From: an uncultured Gemmiger sp.
GTDB lineage: Bacteria; Bacillota; Clostridia; Oscillospirales; Ruminococcaceae
Assembly: GCA_944388175.1 (NCBI GenBank)
Contig: CALXHR010000008.1
Location: 2,243-66,242 of the forward strand
Direction of reading: 5' to 3'
DNA: 64,000 nucleotides
Part shown: positions 18,591-27,922 of the stretch, in pieces
Layout: the number at the start of each line of letters is the position of its first letter
Position numbering within the stretch: the stretch's first letter is position 1
Made by a program: the position numbers and the translations under genes
The notes under the pieces: generated by a model
Told to the model about the DNA's origin: nothing
Database searches by the model: none
What the model saw: the letters and a program-made list of their open reading frames with translations, nothing else

Positions 18591-19573
18591 AAATCTTTTT
18601 TTACGCGCTGCGCCCGTTTGACGAGCTGCCCTACTGCGAGCCCAACCGCCAAAAGTACGGCATCGACTATGCCTGGACGGCCGAGACGCCGAACCCCGGC
18701 AACCTGCAGCTGGCCGAAGGCTGCGACGCCGTGAGCACCAACCCCTGCGAAGTACGGCCCGAATATCTGGAAGCCTTTGCCCGCATGGGCGTCAAGTACC
18801 TGCCCTGCCGCAGCATCGGGTACGACCACCTGCCGCTGGACGCCGCCAGGCGCCTGGGCCTGCGCGTGAGCCACAGCCACTACCCGCCCGAGGGCGTGGC
18901 CAACTATGCCATCATGCTGATGCTGATGACCACGCGCAAGATGAACCAGATCATGCTGCGCGCCGCCGTGCAGGACTACTCGCTGCCCGGCAAGATGGGG
19001 CGCGACCTTTCGGGGTGCACGGTGGGCGTGGTCGGCACCGGCAAGATCGGCAGCACGGTCATCCGGCATCTGCGCGCGTTCGGCTGCAAGCTGCTGGCCT
19101 ACGATTTGTACCCCAACGACGCCGTGCGCGCCTGGGCCGACTATGTGCCGCTGGCCGAGCTGTACGCGCGCAGCGACGTCATCACGCTGCACCTGAACGC
19201 CACGCCGGAGAACCACCACCTGATCGACGCGGCGGCCATTGCCCAAATGAAGGACGGCGTGCTGCTGGTGAACACGGCGCGCGGGACGCTGATTGACCCG
19301 CAGGCGCTGGTAGAGGGCCTGGAAAGCGGCAAGATCGGCGGCGCCGGGCTGGACGTGGTGGAGGACGAAACCGGCCTTTGCTACTATGACCGCCGCGGCG
19401 AAGCGCTGGCGAACCGCGAACTGAACCTGCTGCGCAGTTTCCCCAACGTCATCGTCAGCCCGCACACAGCGTTTTACACCGACGTCAACGTGGCCAGCAT
19501 GGTGGAAAGCGCCTTTGAAGCGACGGCCGCCTTTGCTGCCGGCCGCCCCTACCCCTGCGAGGTGCCGCTGTGA
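18587..19573 (+). CDS. D-isomer-specific 2-hydroxyacid (D-lactate-type) dehydrogenase
   Basis: RSIGYDH, GVVGTGKIG, NTARG, SPHTAFYT. Confidence 0.9.
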   Translation: MKIFFYALRPFDELPYCEPNRQKYGIDYAWTAETPNPGNLQLAEGCDAVSTNPCEVRPEYLEAFARMGVKYLPCRSIGYDHLPLDAARRLGLRVSHSHYPPEGVANYAIMLMLMTTRKMNQIMLRAAVQDYSLPGKMGRDLSGCTVGVVGTGKIGSTVIRHLRAFGCKLLAYDLYPNDAVRAWADYVPLAELYARSDVITLHLNATPENHHLIDAAAIAQMKDGVLLVNTARGTLIDPQALVEGLESGKIGGAGLDVVEDETGLCYYDRRGEALANRELNLLRSFPNVIVSPHTAFYTDVNVASMVESAFEATAAFAAGRPYPCEVPL

Positions 19574-20253
19574 GGGTGGAGCCCGGCCGCGCCGGCGAAA
19601 CCTGGGCGCTGGGGCCTGCCCTGGCCCCGGGCGAGCCGTTCCCCTTTGTCTGCGCGGGGTGCGGCGGCTGCTGCCGGGGCCGCCGCGACCTGGTGCTTTC
19701 GGGGTATGACCTCTACCGCATCGCGCGGCGGCTGCGGCTTTCGCCGCGCATCGCCGCGCGCGCCTTCTGCAAAGAGTACATTGCCCCGCAAAGCCTGCTG
19801 CCCGCCCTGTGCCTGACGCCCGACCCCCAGACCGGCGACTGCCGCTTTTTGGAGGGCGGGGCCTGCGCCATCCACGAAGCGCGGCCGCTGGCCTGCGCGC
19901 TGTACCCGTTGGGGCAAAGCATCGACCCGGCGGCCGGCACGGCCGAGTACCGCGCCCAGCTGCCGCTGTGCGGCGTGCAAGCCGGCGGGCGCACGCTGCG
20001 CGACTACCTGCGGGACGCCGGCATCGACGAGCGCACGGGCATCGACGTGCGCTGGGCCGCCGTCTGCACCGGGCTTTCGCAGCAGCTGCACGCCGCGGGC
20101 GGCGAAACGCACCCGCATTTCCGTACTGCGGTGCGGCGCATCGCCCGCGCGCTGTACTGGGACTATGCGCTGGGGGATGAATTTTACCCGCAGTTCCAGC
20201 AAAACACCGCGGCCCTGCTGCCGCTGCTGGACCGGCTGCTGGCAAAACCGTGA
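19570..20253 (+). CDS. YkgJ-family CxxCxxCC cysteine-cluster protein
   Basis: CAGCGGCC, C.FL...C.IHEARP.AC.LYP. Confidence 0.8.
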   Translation: MRVEPGRAGETWALGPALAPGEPFPFVCAGCGGCCRGRRDLVLSGYDLYRIARRLRLSPRIAARAFCKEYIAPQSLLPALCLTPDPQTGDCRFLEGGACAIHEARPLACALYPLGQSIDPAAGTAEYRAQLPLCGVQAGGRTLRDYLRDAGIDERTGIDVRWAAVCTGLSQQLHAAGGETHPHFRTAVRRIARALYWDYALGDEFYPQFQQNTAALLPLLDRLLAKP

Positions 20254-20259
20254 CCTTAC

Positions 20260-20298
20260 AAAAAACCGCTCTGCCCCTCTCAGGGCAGGGCGGTTTTT
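20260..20298. terminator. Bidirectional terminator
   Basis: AAAAACCGCTCTGCCC...GGGCAGGGCGGTTTTT. Confidence 0.75.
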
Positions 20299-20303
20299 GT
20301 GTA

Positions 20304-21674
20304 TCAGCCTTGCAGCGGCAGCGTCAGTTCCACGCGCGCGCCGTGGGGCGTGTTCTGGCCAAATTCTGCGCGGCCGCCGTGGGCCTGCACGATCTGCTCG
20401 ACGACATGCAGCCCCAGGATGTGGGGCGGTTCCTCCCCTTTTGCCGCGCCGTGCAGCGCCGCCAGCACGGCGGGCGGGTAGCCGGCGCCGTCGTCGGCCA
20501 GCGTGACGCACAGTGTTTGCCCCTGTACGCACGCCTGCACCGTGCAGTGTACGGGGCCGGGGTTGTGGCGCACGCTGTTGCCCAGGATGTTTTCCACCGC
20601 GCGGCCCAGCAGCGCCGCGTCGGCCTGCAGGGCGGCGTGCTCGGCCCCGGGGGCCAGGTCCAACGTTACTTCGCAGCGCTGTGCCAGCGGGCCGTTGCAG
20701 AAATCCGCCGCCAGGCCGCGCAGCAGCGGCCCGGCAAAGACCGGCCGACGGCGCAGCGGCTGCGCGCCGTATTGCAGTTTGCTGGTGAGGTTGAGGTCCT
20801 CGATGAGGGCGCGGATGCGCTCGCTCTGGGTGCAGATGCCGTCGGCTTTCTGCCGGGCAGCGTCGGGCAGCGCGGCGTCGCGGGCCAGCTGCTCGCCCCA
20901 GCCCAAAATCAGCGAGAGCGGCGTGCGGATATCGTGGCTGACGCCGGCAATCCATTGGGTGCGGGCGGTGTCGCGCCGCTCAATGATGGCGTTGCGGCGG
21001 CGCAGCTGTTCGCTGGTCTCGTTCAGGCGGCGGGCGAGCTCGCCGGTAAAGCCGGTGGTGGGCAGGTCTACGGTACCGCCCCCGGCCAGCACGTCGAGCC
21101 CGTCGGCCACCGTCTGCAGTGAGCGCGTGCTGCGCCAGCTGACCAGCAGGCAGCACGCCAAAATCAGCACCAGAACCCCCAACAACACCCGGCCGCTGTT
21201 GGCAAACAGCCCGCGCATTAAGTCGGGGTCGCTGTAGAAATTGTAGCGGGCGATGCTGTCTTTGGGCATGCCCAGCACCAGCAGGCCGTAGCTGCGGATC
21301 TGGCAAAAGACCGGGTAGTCCGCCAGGTACCACCGCGTAAAGGACGCGATCTGCGTGGCGGTGTAGGGGTGGTCGAGTTCAGCGGGCAGCTGGTAGCGCC
21401 AGCGCACCTGCCCGGCGTCGTCCAGCACCATGGCCCAGGCGTAGCCGTCCAGCCAGATTTCGGCGGGCTGGGTGTCAAAGGTGAACTGCCCGGCCGCGTC
21501 GCACTGCAGATGGTCGGCGACCATCGCACTGCTGTAGCGGAAGGATTCGGCCTGTTTGGTGCCGTACTGGTACCCCAGGCCGATGAACGCCGCCACCGCC
21601 AGCGCCAGCAGCAGCAAAATGGTAAGCGCCGTGGCCAGCACATAGCGGCGCACGACGCGGGCGAAAGTTTTCAT
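20304..21674 (-). CDS. Sensor histidine kinase
   Basis: Two TM segments, SHDIRTPL H-box, N-box, DDGAG. Confidence 0.92.
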   Translation of the reverse strand: MKTFARVVRRYVLATALTILLLLALAVAAFIGLGYQYGTKQAESFRYSSAMVADHLQCDAAGQFTFDTQPAEIWLDGYAWAMVLDDAGQVRWRYQLPAELDHPYTATQIASFTRWYLADYPVFCQIRSYGLLVLGMPKDSIARYNFYSDPDLMRGLFANSGRVLLGVLVLILACCLLVSWRSTRSLQTVADGLDVLAGGGTVDLPTTGFTGELARRLNETSEQLRRRNAIIERRDTARTQWIAGVSHDIRTPLSLILGWGEQLARDAALPDAARQKADGICTQSERIRALIEDLNLTSKLQYGAQPLRRRPVFAGPLLRGLAADFCNGPLAQRCEVTLDLAPGAEHAALQADAALLGRAVENILGNSVRHNPGPVHCTVQACVQGQTLCVTLADDGAGYPPAVLAALHGAAKGEEPPHILGLHVVEQIVQAHGGRAEFGQNTPHGARVELTLPLQG

Positions 21675-22390
21675 GGCGCATCCTCCCCCGCCAGCTTGTA
21701 GCCGATGCCGCGCACCGTGAGCAGATAGCGCGGCTTGCTGGCGTTGTCCTCGATCTTTTCGCGCAGGTGGCGGATATGGACGCCCAGGGTGTTCTCGCCG
21801 CCAAAATAGTCCTGCCCCCAGACGGCTTCAAACAGCGCGTCGTAGGTGACGATGTGGCCGCGGTTTTCGGCCAGTTTTTGCAGCAGCGCGCGCTCAGTGG
21901 CCGTCAAGGGCAGCGTGCGCCCGTCCGGCAGGCGCACCAGCGCGTCGGCCAGTTCCACCGTGCGGCCGCCCAGCGCCAGACGTCCGGCCGCGCCGCGCTG
22001 CAGCTCGGCCCGGTAGGCGCGCTGCAAAATGTGCTGCACGCGCAGCAGCAGTTCCTGCATCAAAAACGGCTTGGTCAGGTAGTCGTCGGCGCCCAGGCCC
22101 AGCCCAAACAGCCGGTCGGCATCGGCGTCCCGGGCCGAGAGGAACAGCGCCGGCACGTCGGCCTGCGCGCGCAGCTGGCGGAAGAGCGCAAACCCGTCGC
22201 CGTCGGGCAGGTTGATGTCCAGAATCATCAGCTCGGGCCGGGCGGCGGCAAAGGCCGCGCGGGCCTGCGCGCAGTTTTGCGCCGTGGCGATGGTTTGGTA
22301 GCCCGCCGCGCGCAGATGCTCGCACAGCAAGGCCAGCAGGTCCGGCGTGTCGTCCACCAGCAGCAGTTTGGCGTCGTAGATCGTTTGCAT
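21671..22390 (-). CDS. OmpR-family response regulator
   Basis: LVDD, LDINLPD, DDYLTKPF, TVRGIGY. Confidence 0.93.
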   Translation of the reverse strand: MQTIYDAKLLLVDDTPDLLALLCEHLRAAGYQTIATAQNCAQARAAFAAARPELMILDINLPDGDGFALFRQLRAQADVPALFLSARDADADRLFGLGLGADDYLTKPFLMQELLLRVQHILQRAYRAELQRGAAGRLALGGRTVELADALVRLPDGRTLPLTATERALLQKLAENRGHIVTYDALFEAVWGQDYFGGENTLGVHIRHLREKIEDNASKPRYLLTVRGIGYKLAGEDAP

Positions 22391-22455
22391 GGGGGCTCCC
22401 CTTTCCTTTGGTTTGTATTGTACCACACCGCCCCGCCCGCGCGCCATGCGGCGGC

Positions 22456-22481
22456 GGCAAATTTAAGGCAAAATTAAGGCA
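22456..22481. promoter_or_regulatory. Putative response-regulator binding direct repeats
   Basis: GGCAAATTTAA-GGCAAAATTAA-GGCA with 11-bp period, between the divergent TCS and ABC genes. Confidence 0.55.
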
Positions 22482-22557
22482 GGCTTTGGGGTGGTTTAAG
22501 CGGGCGGGTGTAACATATAAGCGTCCGAAGAGAAAACGAACCAAAGGAGTGGACGCT

Positions 22558-23472
22558 ATGCAACCTGTGATTGAAACACAAGAACTCTGCAAGGTATACG
22601 GCCAGCGCCGCGCCGTGGACGGCGTGGAACTGCACGTGCCGGAGGGCTGCGTGTACGGCTTTATCGGCCCCAACGGCGCGGGCAAAAGCACAACAATGAA
22701 GATGCTGCTGGGCCTGGTACACCCCACAGCGGGGCGCGTGTGCCTGCTGGGGCAGCCGATGACCGAGCGAAACCGCCTGGCACTGCTGCGCCAGACCGGC
22801 AGTTTGATCGAGTCGCCGTCCGGCTACCCGCACCTGACCGGCGAGGAAAATCTGCAGGTCGTGGCCGATTTGAAAGGCGTGCCGCGCAAGGACATCGACC
22901 GCGTGTTGGAGATTGTGGACCTGGCTGGGGACCGCCGCCGCAAGGTGGGGCAGTATTCGCTGGGCATGCGCCAGCGGTTGGGCATCGCCATGGCGCTGCT
23001 GGGCAGCCCGCGGCTGCTGATTTTGGACGAGCCGACCAACGGCCTGGACCCCGCCGGCATCCAGGAGATGCGCGATCTGCTGGTGCACATGCCGGAACGC
23101 ACCGGCGCGACAGTGTTTGTATCAAGCCACCTGCTGGGCGAGATGGAACAGATGGCCGAACAGGTGGGCATCATCGACCACGGCAAAATGCTGTTTGAAG
23201 GCCCGCTGCAGGCCCTGCAGCGCCACAGCCGCGGTAATTACCGCCTGCGCGTATTGCAGCCGCAGAAGGCCGTGCCCGCCCTGCAGGCGCGCGGCGTGCC
23301 CGCCAGGCTCGAAAAAGGCGCGCTGACGCTGCCGCCGCTGCCGGACGCCGCACTGGCCGCCGCCGTGCAGGCCGTGGCCGACGCCGGGGCCGGTGTGGTG
23401 GAGCTGACCGCGCACACCAAATCGCTGGAGGAAATTTTCCTGAGCCTGACCCAGACACGGGAGGTGAAGTGA
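22558..23472 (+). CDS. Lantibiotic/bacitracin-protection type ABC ATPase (LanF-like)
   Basis: GPNGAGKST, SLIESP, YSLGMRQRL, DEPTNGLDP. Confidence 0.88.
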   Translation: MQPVIETQELCKVYGQRRAVDGVELHVPEGCVYGFIGPNGAGKSTTMKMLLGLVHPTAGRVCLLGQPMTERNRLALLRQTGSLIESPSGYPHLTGEENLQVVADLKGVPRKDIDRVLEIVDLAGDRRRKVGQYSLGMRQRLGIAMALLGSPRLLILDEPTNGLDPAGIQEMRDLLVHMPERTGATVFVSSHLLGEMEQMAEQVGIIDHGKMLFEGPLQALQRHSRGNYRLRVLQPQKAVPALQARGVPARLEKGALTLPPLPDAALAAAVQAVADAGAGVVELTAHTKSLEEIFLSLTQTREVK

Positions 23473-23473
23473 G

Positions 23474-24226
23474 ATGCCGCGTGCCCTGCATGCCGAACTG
23501 CAAAAAGCGCACCGCCGCCACGACCTGGCGGTCTGCCTGTTGGTGCCGCTGGTGATTTTGGTGTGGGTCGGCTACTCGGCCCCCGAGGTGGACAGTTCCA
23601 CCGTACACCCTTTCAGCGCGCTGTTCTACATGGGCCCCACCGTTGACGCCATCTTAATGCCCATTGGCATGGCGGTGCTGGCCACCCGCCTGTGGGATGT
23701 GGAGGAAAAAGGCGATTTCCCCAAATTGCTGTACACACTGCAAAGCCGCCGCAGCCTGTTTGCCGCCAAGGCGGCGCTGGGCTTTGGCGAGGTGCTGCTC
23801 ATCGCCGTGCTGGAAACCGCCATTTTGCTGGCGCTGGGTTGGTGGAAGGGCTACGCCGACGCCGTGCCGGCTTCGCACATCCTCTACCATTTTGTGTGTA
23901 CGCTGGCGGTTTGCGTGATGCTGTTTGCGTCGGAACTGCTGCTGGCCGTATTGCTGGCAAACCCGCTGCCCGCGCTGTGCGTCGGCGTGGTGGGCGCGCT
24001 GGTGGGGCTGTTCTCGGCCTTTATGCCGCCCATCGTCAGCCTGTTTGTGCCGTGGGGGTATTTTATCCCGTTGAGTTCGTTCGTGCTGGCCAGCTGGGAC
24101 GCCGATACGCGCATCGCCGTCTACGGCATGCGGGCGTTCCGCCCGCTGCTGCTTGCGTGGGTGGTGGTGCTGGCGGCCGCGTTCTTTGCGTTTGCCTGGC
24201 GCGCCGTGCGCGAAAAGGAGGTATGA
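23474..24226 (+). CDS. ABC-2 permease (LanE/G-like)
   Basis: AELQK N-terminus, multiple TM segments, FVPW motif. Confidence 0.8.
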   Translation: MPRALHAELQKAHRRHDLAVCLLVPLVILVWVGYSAPEVDSSTVHPFSALFYMGPTVDAILMPIGMAVLATRLWDVEEKGDFPKLLYTLQSRRSLFAAKAALGFGEVLLIAVLETAILLALGWWKGYADAVPASHILYHFVCTLAVCVMLFASELLLAVLLANPLPALCVGVVGALVGLFSAFMPPIVSLFVPWGYFIPLSSFVLASWDADTRIAVYGMRAFRPLLLAWVVVLAAAFFAFAWRAVREKEV

Positions 24227-24229
24227 GCC

Positions 24230-24964
24230 ATGTTTTTGCGCTGTTTCCGGGCGGAGAACCGCAAACTGCACGCTTCGCCGATCTGGATTTTATTCTTTTT
24301 GCTTCCGGTCATCTCGGCCGTGTACGGCACCTTCAACTACCTGCAAAACCTTGGCATTTTGCAGGACCAATGGTACAGCCTGTGGACGCAGCACACGCTG
24401 TTTTACGCGCTGTTCTTTTACCCGGTGCTGGTGGGCGTCTATGCCGCCTACCTGTGGCGGCTGGAACACCGCGGCCACAACTGGAACCTGATTCTGGCGG
24501 CGCCGGTGCGGCCGCTGGCGCTGTTTTTGGCCAAATACGTCGTCGTGCTCAAGCTGGTTTTGCTGACGCAGCTGCTGGTATTTGGGCTGTATGTACTGTG
24601 CGGCAAGGCGTTTGCGCACCTGCCCGGCTGGCCGCCGGTACAGACGCTGCTGTTTTTGCTGCGCGGGCTGGTGGGCGGTCAGTGCGTCATCGCGTTGCAG
24701 CTGCTGCTCTCGATGCTGATCCGCAGTTTTGCGGTGCCGGTGTTTCTTGGGTTGGCGGGCGGCGTGGCCGGCATGCTTTGCGCCAGCAAAGGCATCGGGC
24801 TGGCGTTCCCCTACGCGCTGATGCAGGTGGGCATGAACGCCAACAAGAGCGAGGACCTGCTGGCCGGGCAGTACGGCGGTTTTTTGCTGGCTTCGGCCTT
24901 GTGGCTGGCGCTGTTTTTGGCGCTGGCGCACCTGCTGCTGACGCGGCGGGACGTGCGCGCCTGA
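24230..24964 (+). CDS. ABC-2 permease (LanE/G-like)
   Basis: AENRK N-terminus, EHRGHNW, LFLAK, FPY. Confidence 0.8.
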   Translation: MFLRCFRAENRKLHASPIWILFFLLPVISAVYGTFNYLQNLGILQDQWYSLWTQHTLFYALFFYPVLVGVYAAYLWRLEHRGHNWNLILAAPVRPLALFLAKYVVVLKLVLLTQLLVFGLYVLCGKAFAHLPGWPPVQTLLFLLRGLVGGQCVIALQLLLSMLIRSFAVPVFLGLAGGVAGMLCASKGIGLAFPYALMQVGMNANKSEDLLAGQYGGFLLASALWLALFLALAHLLLTRRDVRA

Positions 24965-25032
24965 ACTTTGGGCATTGCGCAGGCGGGCCGGGCGCGGTAT
25001 AATAGAGCCAACAAACCAAGGGAGGCCGTGCC

Positions 25033-25434
25033 ATGACCGCCAACGCCGCTGATTTTGCCGGGCCCGCCTGCGGGCGCCGGTATGAGAAAGAACTGGAAAC
25101 GCATTTCCGCGACTGCCTGCTGTTTTACCTGGACGGGCGCATCCGCTTTGAGCGCTACTGCTACGGCGAAGCCGCCTGCCTGGTGTTCAGCGTGTGGGCG
25201 CACGGCTTTGACGCCGACGGCAATATCCTGTGGGACAAAGAGCCGGAATTTGAGAGCCAGCGCACCGCCCTGCCCCGCGTGTTGACCGACGTGCAGAACG
25301 ACGGCGACGCTTTGCAGTTTGACGGCGCGCGCAAGCGCTATGTCAAGACCGAACAGTTTGCCGAGGACAAACCCAACGGCTACGGCGCGCTGAAAGTGTT
25401 CTGGCTCAAACAGCGCCGCAAAAAGCAGGCCTGA
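25033..25434 (+). CDS. Hypothetical protein
   Basis: GGAGG RBS, own TTGCGC-N17-TATAAT promoter (24975-25003), downstream terminator, native codon bias. Confidence 0.75.
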   Translation: MTANAADFAGPACGRRYEKELETHFRDCLLFYLDGRIRFERYCYGEAACLVFSVWAHGFDADGNILWDKEPEFESQRTALPRVLTDVQNDGDALQFDGARKRYVKTEQFAEDKPNGYGALKVFWLKQRRKKQA

Positions 25435-25448
25435 ACAAACATACCGAA

Positions 25449-25485
25449 CGCCCCGCCGCTGCGTATGCAGCGGCGGGGCGCTTTT
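25449..25485 (+). terminator. Intrinsic terminator
   Basis: CGCCCCGCCGCTGC/GCAGCGGCGGGGCG stem followed by CTTTT. Confidence 0.7.
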
Positions 25486-25587
25486 GCCGGTTTCTGTGTT
25501 TTTTGGTGGCCTTGCACCCCGTCATGCAAAGATCATCCGCGGGGAGTGTGAGAGCGCAAAAGCTATATGCAGGGCGTTTCCCCTTTT

Positions 25588-26910
25588 TTAGAAGCACTCG
25601 ACGCCGTCGGGCGTCACGCGGGCGTAGACCAGCGGCGGCAGGGCCGGTTGTTCGGCCCCGATGACCAGCCCGCCGCGGTACATTTCTTCGGCTGCCGGGA
25701 ACAGCGCCGGGTCGTCGGCGTACAGCGTGCAGATGGCGTCGCCGGGGCGCACGGCGTCGCCGAGTTTTTTGTGCATGACGATGCCGGCCGCAAAGTCGAT
25801 GGCGTCCTCTTTGGTCAGGCGGCCCGCGCCCAACAGCACGCTGGCGTTGCCGATTTTTTCGACGTCGTTCTTGACGATGTACCCGGCCTGCGCGGCCGTG
25901 ACGTCGTGGCTGTATTGGGCCTGGCGGAACCGCCCGGGGTCGTCCAGGCAGGCGACGTCGCCGCCCTGCGCCGCGAACATCTGGCGGCACTTGGCAAAGG
26001 CGGAGCCGTCGGCCAGCACCCGCTGCGCCATGGCGCGGCAGGCGGCCTCGTCCCCTTTGCCGGCCAGCATCAGCATGTTGGCGGCCAGCTGCAGGCAGAC
26101 CTCGGTCAGGTCGGCAGGGCCTTTGCCCTGCAAGACGGCCATGCTCTCGGCTACTTCCAGCGCGTTGCCGATGTTGTGGCCCAGCGGTTTGTCCATATCG
26201 GTGATGAGCGCCGCGACCTTGCGCCCGTGCGCCGTGCCGATGGCGACCATCTGGCGCGCGAGCTCGATGGCGTCGTCGAGGTTTTTCATAAACGCGCCGT
26301 CGCCCATCGTCACATCCAGCAGGATAGCGTCCGACCCGGCAGCCAGCTTTTTGCTCATGATGGAGGACGCGATGAGCGGGATGCAGCCCACCGTCGCCGT
26401 CACGTCGCGCAGCGCGTACATCTTTTTGTCGGCCACGGCAATTTCCCCGCTCTGGCCAATGACCGCGATGCCGATGTCGTTGACCTGGCGGAAAAATTCC
26501 TCCTGCGTCAGGCTGGTGCGGGTGCCGGGCACGGCTTCCATCTTGTCGATGGTGCCGCCGGTATGCCCCAGGCCGCGGCCGCTCATTTTGGCGATCTTGA
26601 CGCCGCAGGCCGCCACCACTGGCGCAATGACCAGCGTGGTTTTGTCGCCGACGCCGCCGGTGGAGTGTTTGTCCACCTTGATGCCCGCAATGGCCGAGAG
26701 GTCGACCATCTCGCCCGAGCGGGCCATGACCTCGGTCAGCGCCGCGGTCTCGGCGTCCGCCATGCCGCGCAGGTAAATGGCCATCAGCAGTGCCGACATC
26801 TGGTAGTCAGGCACCGTGCCGGCCACATACCCGTTTACGGCAAAGGCCAGTTCCTCGCGGGTCAGCGTGCCGCCGTCCCGTTTTTTGGCAATGATATCGT
26901 ACATGCGCAT
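25588..26910 (-). CDS. pdp: Pyrimidine-nucleoside (thymidine) phosphorylase
   Basis: DKHSTGGVGDK, KMSGRGLGHTGGT, SIMSKKLA. Confidence 0.95.
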   Translation of the reverse strand: MRMYDIIAKKRDGGTLTREELAFAVNGYVAGTVPDYQMSALLMAIYLRGMADAETAALTEVMARSGEMVDLSAIAGIKVDKHSTGGVGDKTTLVIAPVVAACGVKIAKMSGRGLGHTGGTIDKMEAVPGTRTSLTQEEFFRQVNDIGIAVIGQSGEIAVADKKMYALRDVTATVGCIPLIASSIMSKKLAAGSDAILLDVTMGDGAFMKNLDDAIELARQMVAIGTAHGRKVAALITDMDKPLGHNIGNALEVAESMAVLQGKGPADLTEVCLQLAANMLMLAGKGDEAACRAMAQRVLADGSAFAKCRQMFAAQGGDVACLDDPGRFRQAQYSHDVTAAQAGYIVKNDVEKIGNASVLLGAGRLTKEDAIDFAAGIVMHKKLGDAVRPGDAICTLYADDPALFPAAEEMYRGGLVIGAEQPALPPLVYARVTPDGVECF

Positions 26911-27003
26911 TGCAAAGCGCCTCCTTCCCGGCGGAAACCGCCAAACACAGAAATGCCGCCCGGGGACGGCATTTCTGTACAAATTCCGGTGCGGGCACCG
27001 CGG

Positions 27004-27921
27004 TCAGCGGCTGCCCTTGTCGTAGGGGATGCCCTCGGCCTTGGGGGCCATGCTGTTTTTGCTGGTGAAGGCCAGAATGACCATGGAAGCGATAAACGGC
27101 ATCATGTTGTAGATGTTGGACGACCACCCCAGCTGCGAGAGCACGGTGGCGTCGGCAATGTTGGCCAGGCTCTTGAACACGGCAAAGAACATCGCCGCGC
27201 CAAAGATGTGCACGGGCTTCCACTGGCCGAAGATCATGACCGCCAGCGCCAGGAAACCGGTGCCGGCTACGCCGACCTCAAAGTTCCAGGTCTGCACGCT
27301 GGGGATGATATAGGCCAGGCCGCCGATGCCGCCCAAAAAGCCCGAGATCACAACGCCGCTGTAGCGCATCTTGTACACATTGATGCCCACGGAATCCGCC
27401 GCCTGGGGGTGTTCGCCGCAGGCGCGCAGCCGCAGGCCAAAGCGGGTCTTGTACATGACGATATAGCTGATGATGAGCAGCGCGATGCCCAGCGGCACAA
27501 AGACGCTGAGTTCCAAACTGCCGATGTTGAACAAAAACGCCTTGTTGGTGTAGCTGATTTTGGAGGAAGTGGACCCGTTAAAGTTTTTGGCCAGGATGAT
27601 GGCGATGGCGGTGGCCAGCATGTTGAGCGCCGTGCCGCCGATGGTCTGGTCCGCCTTGAGGTGGATGGACGCAAAGGCCAGCAGCAGCGAGTAGACCATG
27701 CCGCAGAGCGCCGCCACCGCAATGGAGATAGTGACGATGAGCAGCGGCGGCATGGAGGGGGGCAGCATGGCGACCGCCAGCACGCCGCCCAAACCGCCGA
27801 TGACCATGATGCCCTCGAGCGCGATGTTGATGATGCCGGAGTGCTCACTGAACATGCCGCCCAGCGCCACCAGCATCAGCACGATGCCGTACAACAGCGT
27901 ATATTTAATCAGCAAAAGCAT
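27004..27921 (-). CDS. Nucleoside ABC permease
   Basis: SEHSGIINIALEG, GEHPQAADSVGINV, GFLALA..IFGQW. Confidence 0.9.
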   Translation of the reverse strand: MLLLIKYTLLYGIVLMLVALGGMFSEHSGIINIALEGIMVIGGLGGVLAVAMLPPSMPPLLIVTISIAVAALCGMVYSLLLAFASIHLKADQTIGGTALNMLATAIAIILAKNFNGSTSSKISYTNKAFLFNIGSLELSVFVPLGIALLIISYIVMYKTRFGLRLRACGEHPQAADSVGINVYKMRYSGVVISGFLGGIGGLAYIIPSVQTWNFEVGVAGTGFLALAVMIFGQWKPVHIFGAAMFFAVFKSLANIADATVLSQLGWSSNIYNMMPFIASMVILAFTSKNSMAPKAEGIPYDKGSR

Positions 27922-27922
27922 G

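Noticed and set aside
18587-19573. VanH-like dehydrogenase near a TCS as a vancomycin-resistance cluster
   Set aside because: No D-Ala-D-Lac ligase or VanX/Y genes; the TCS is linked to the divergent ABC transporter
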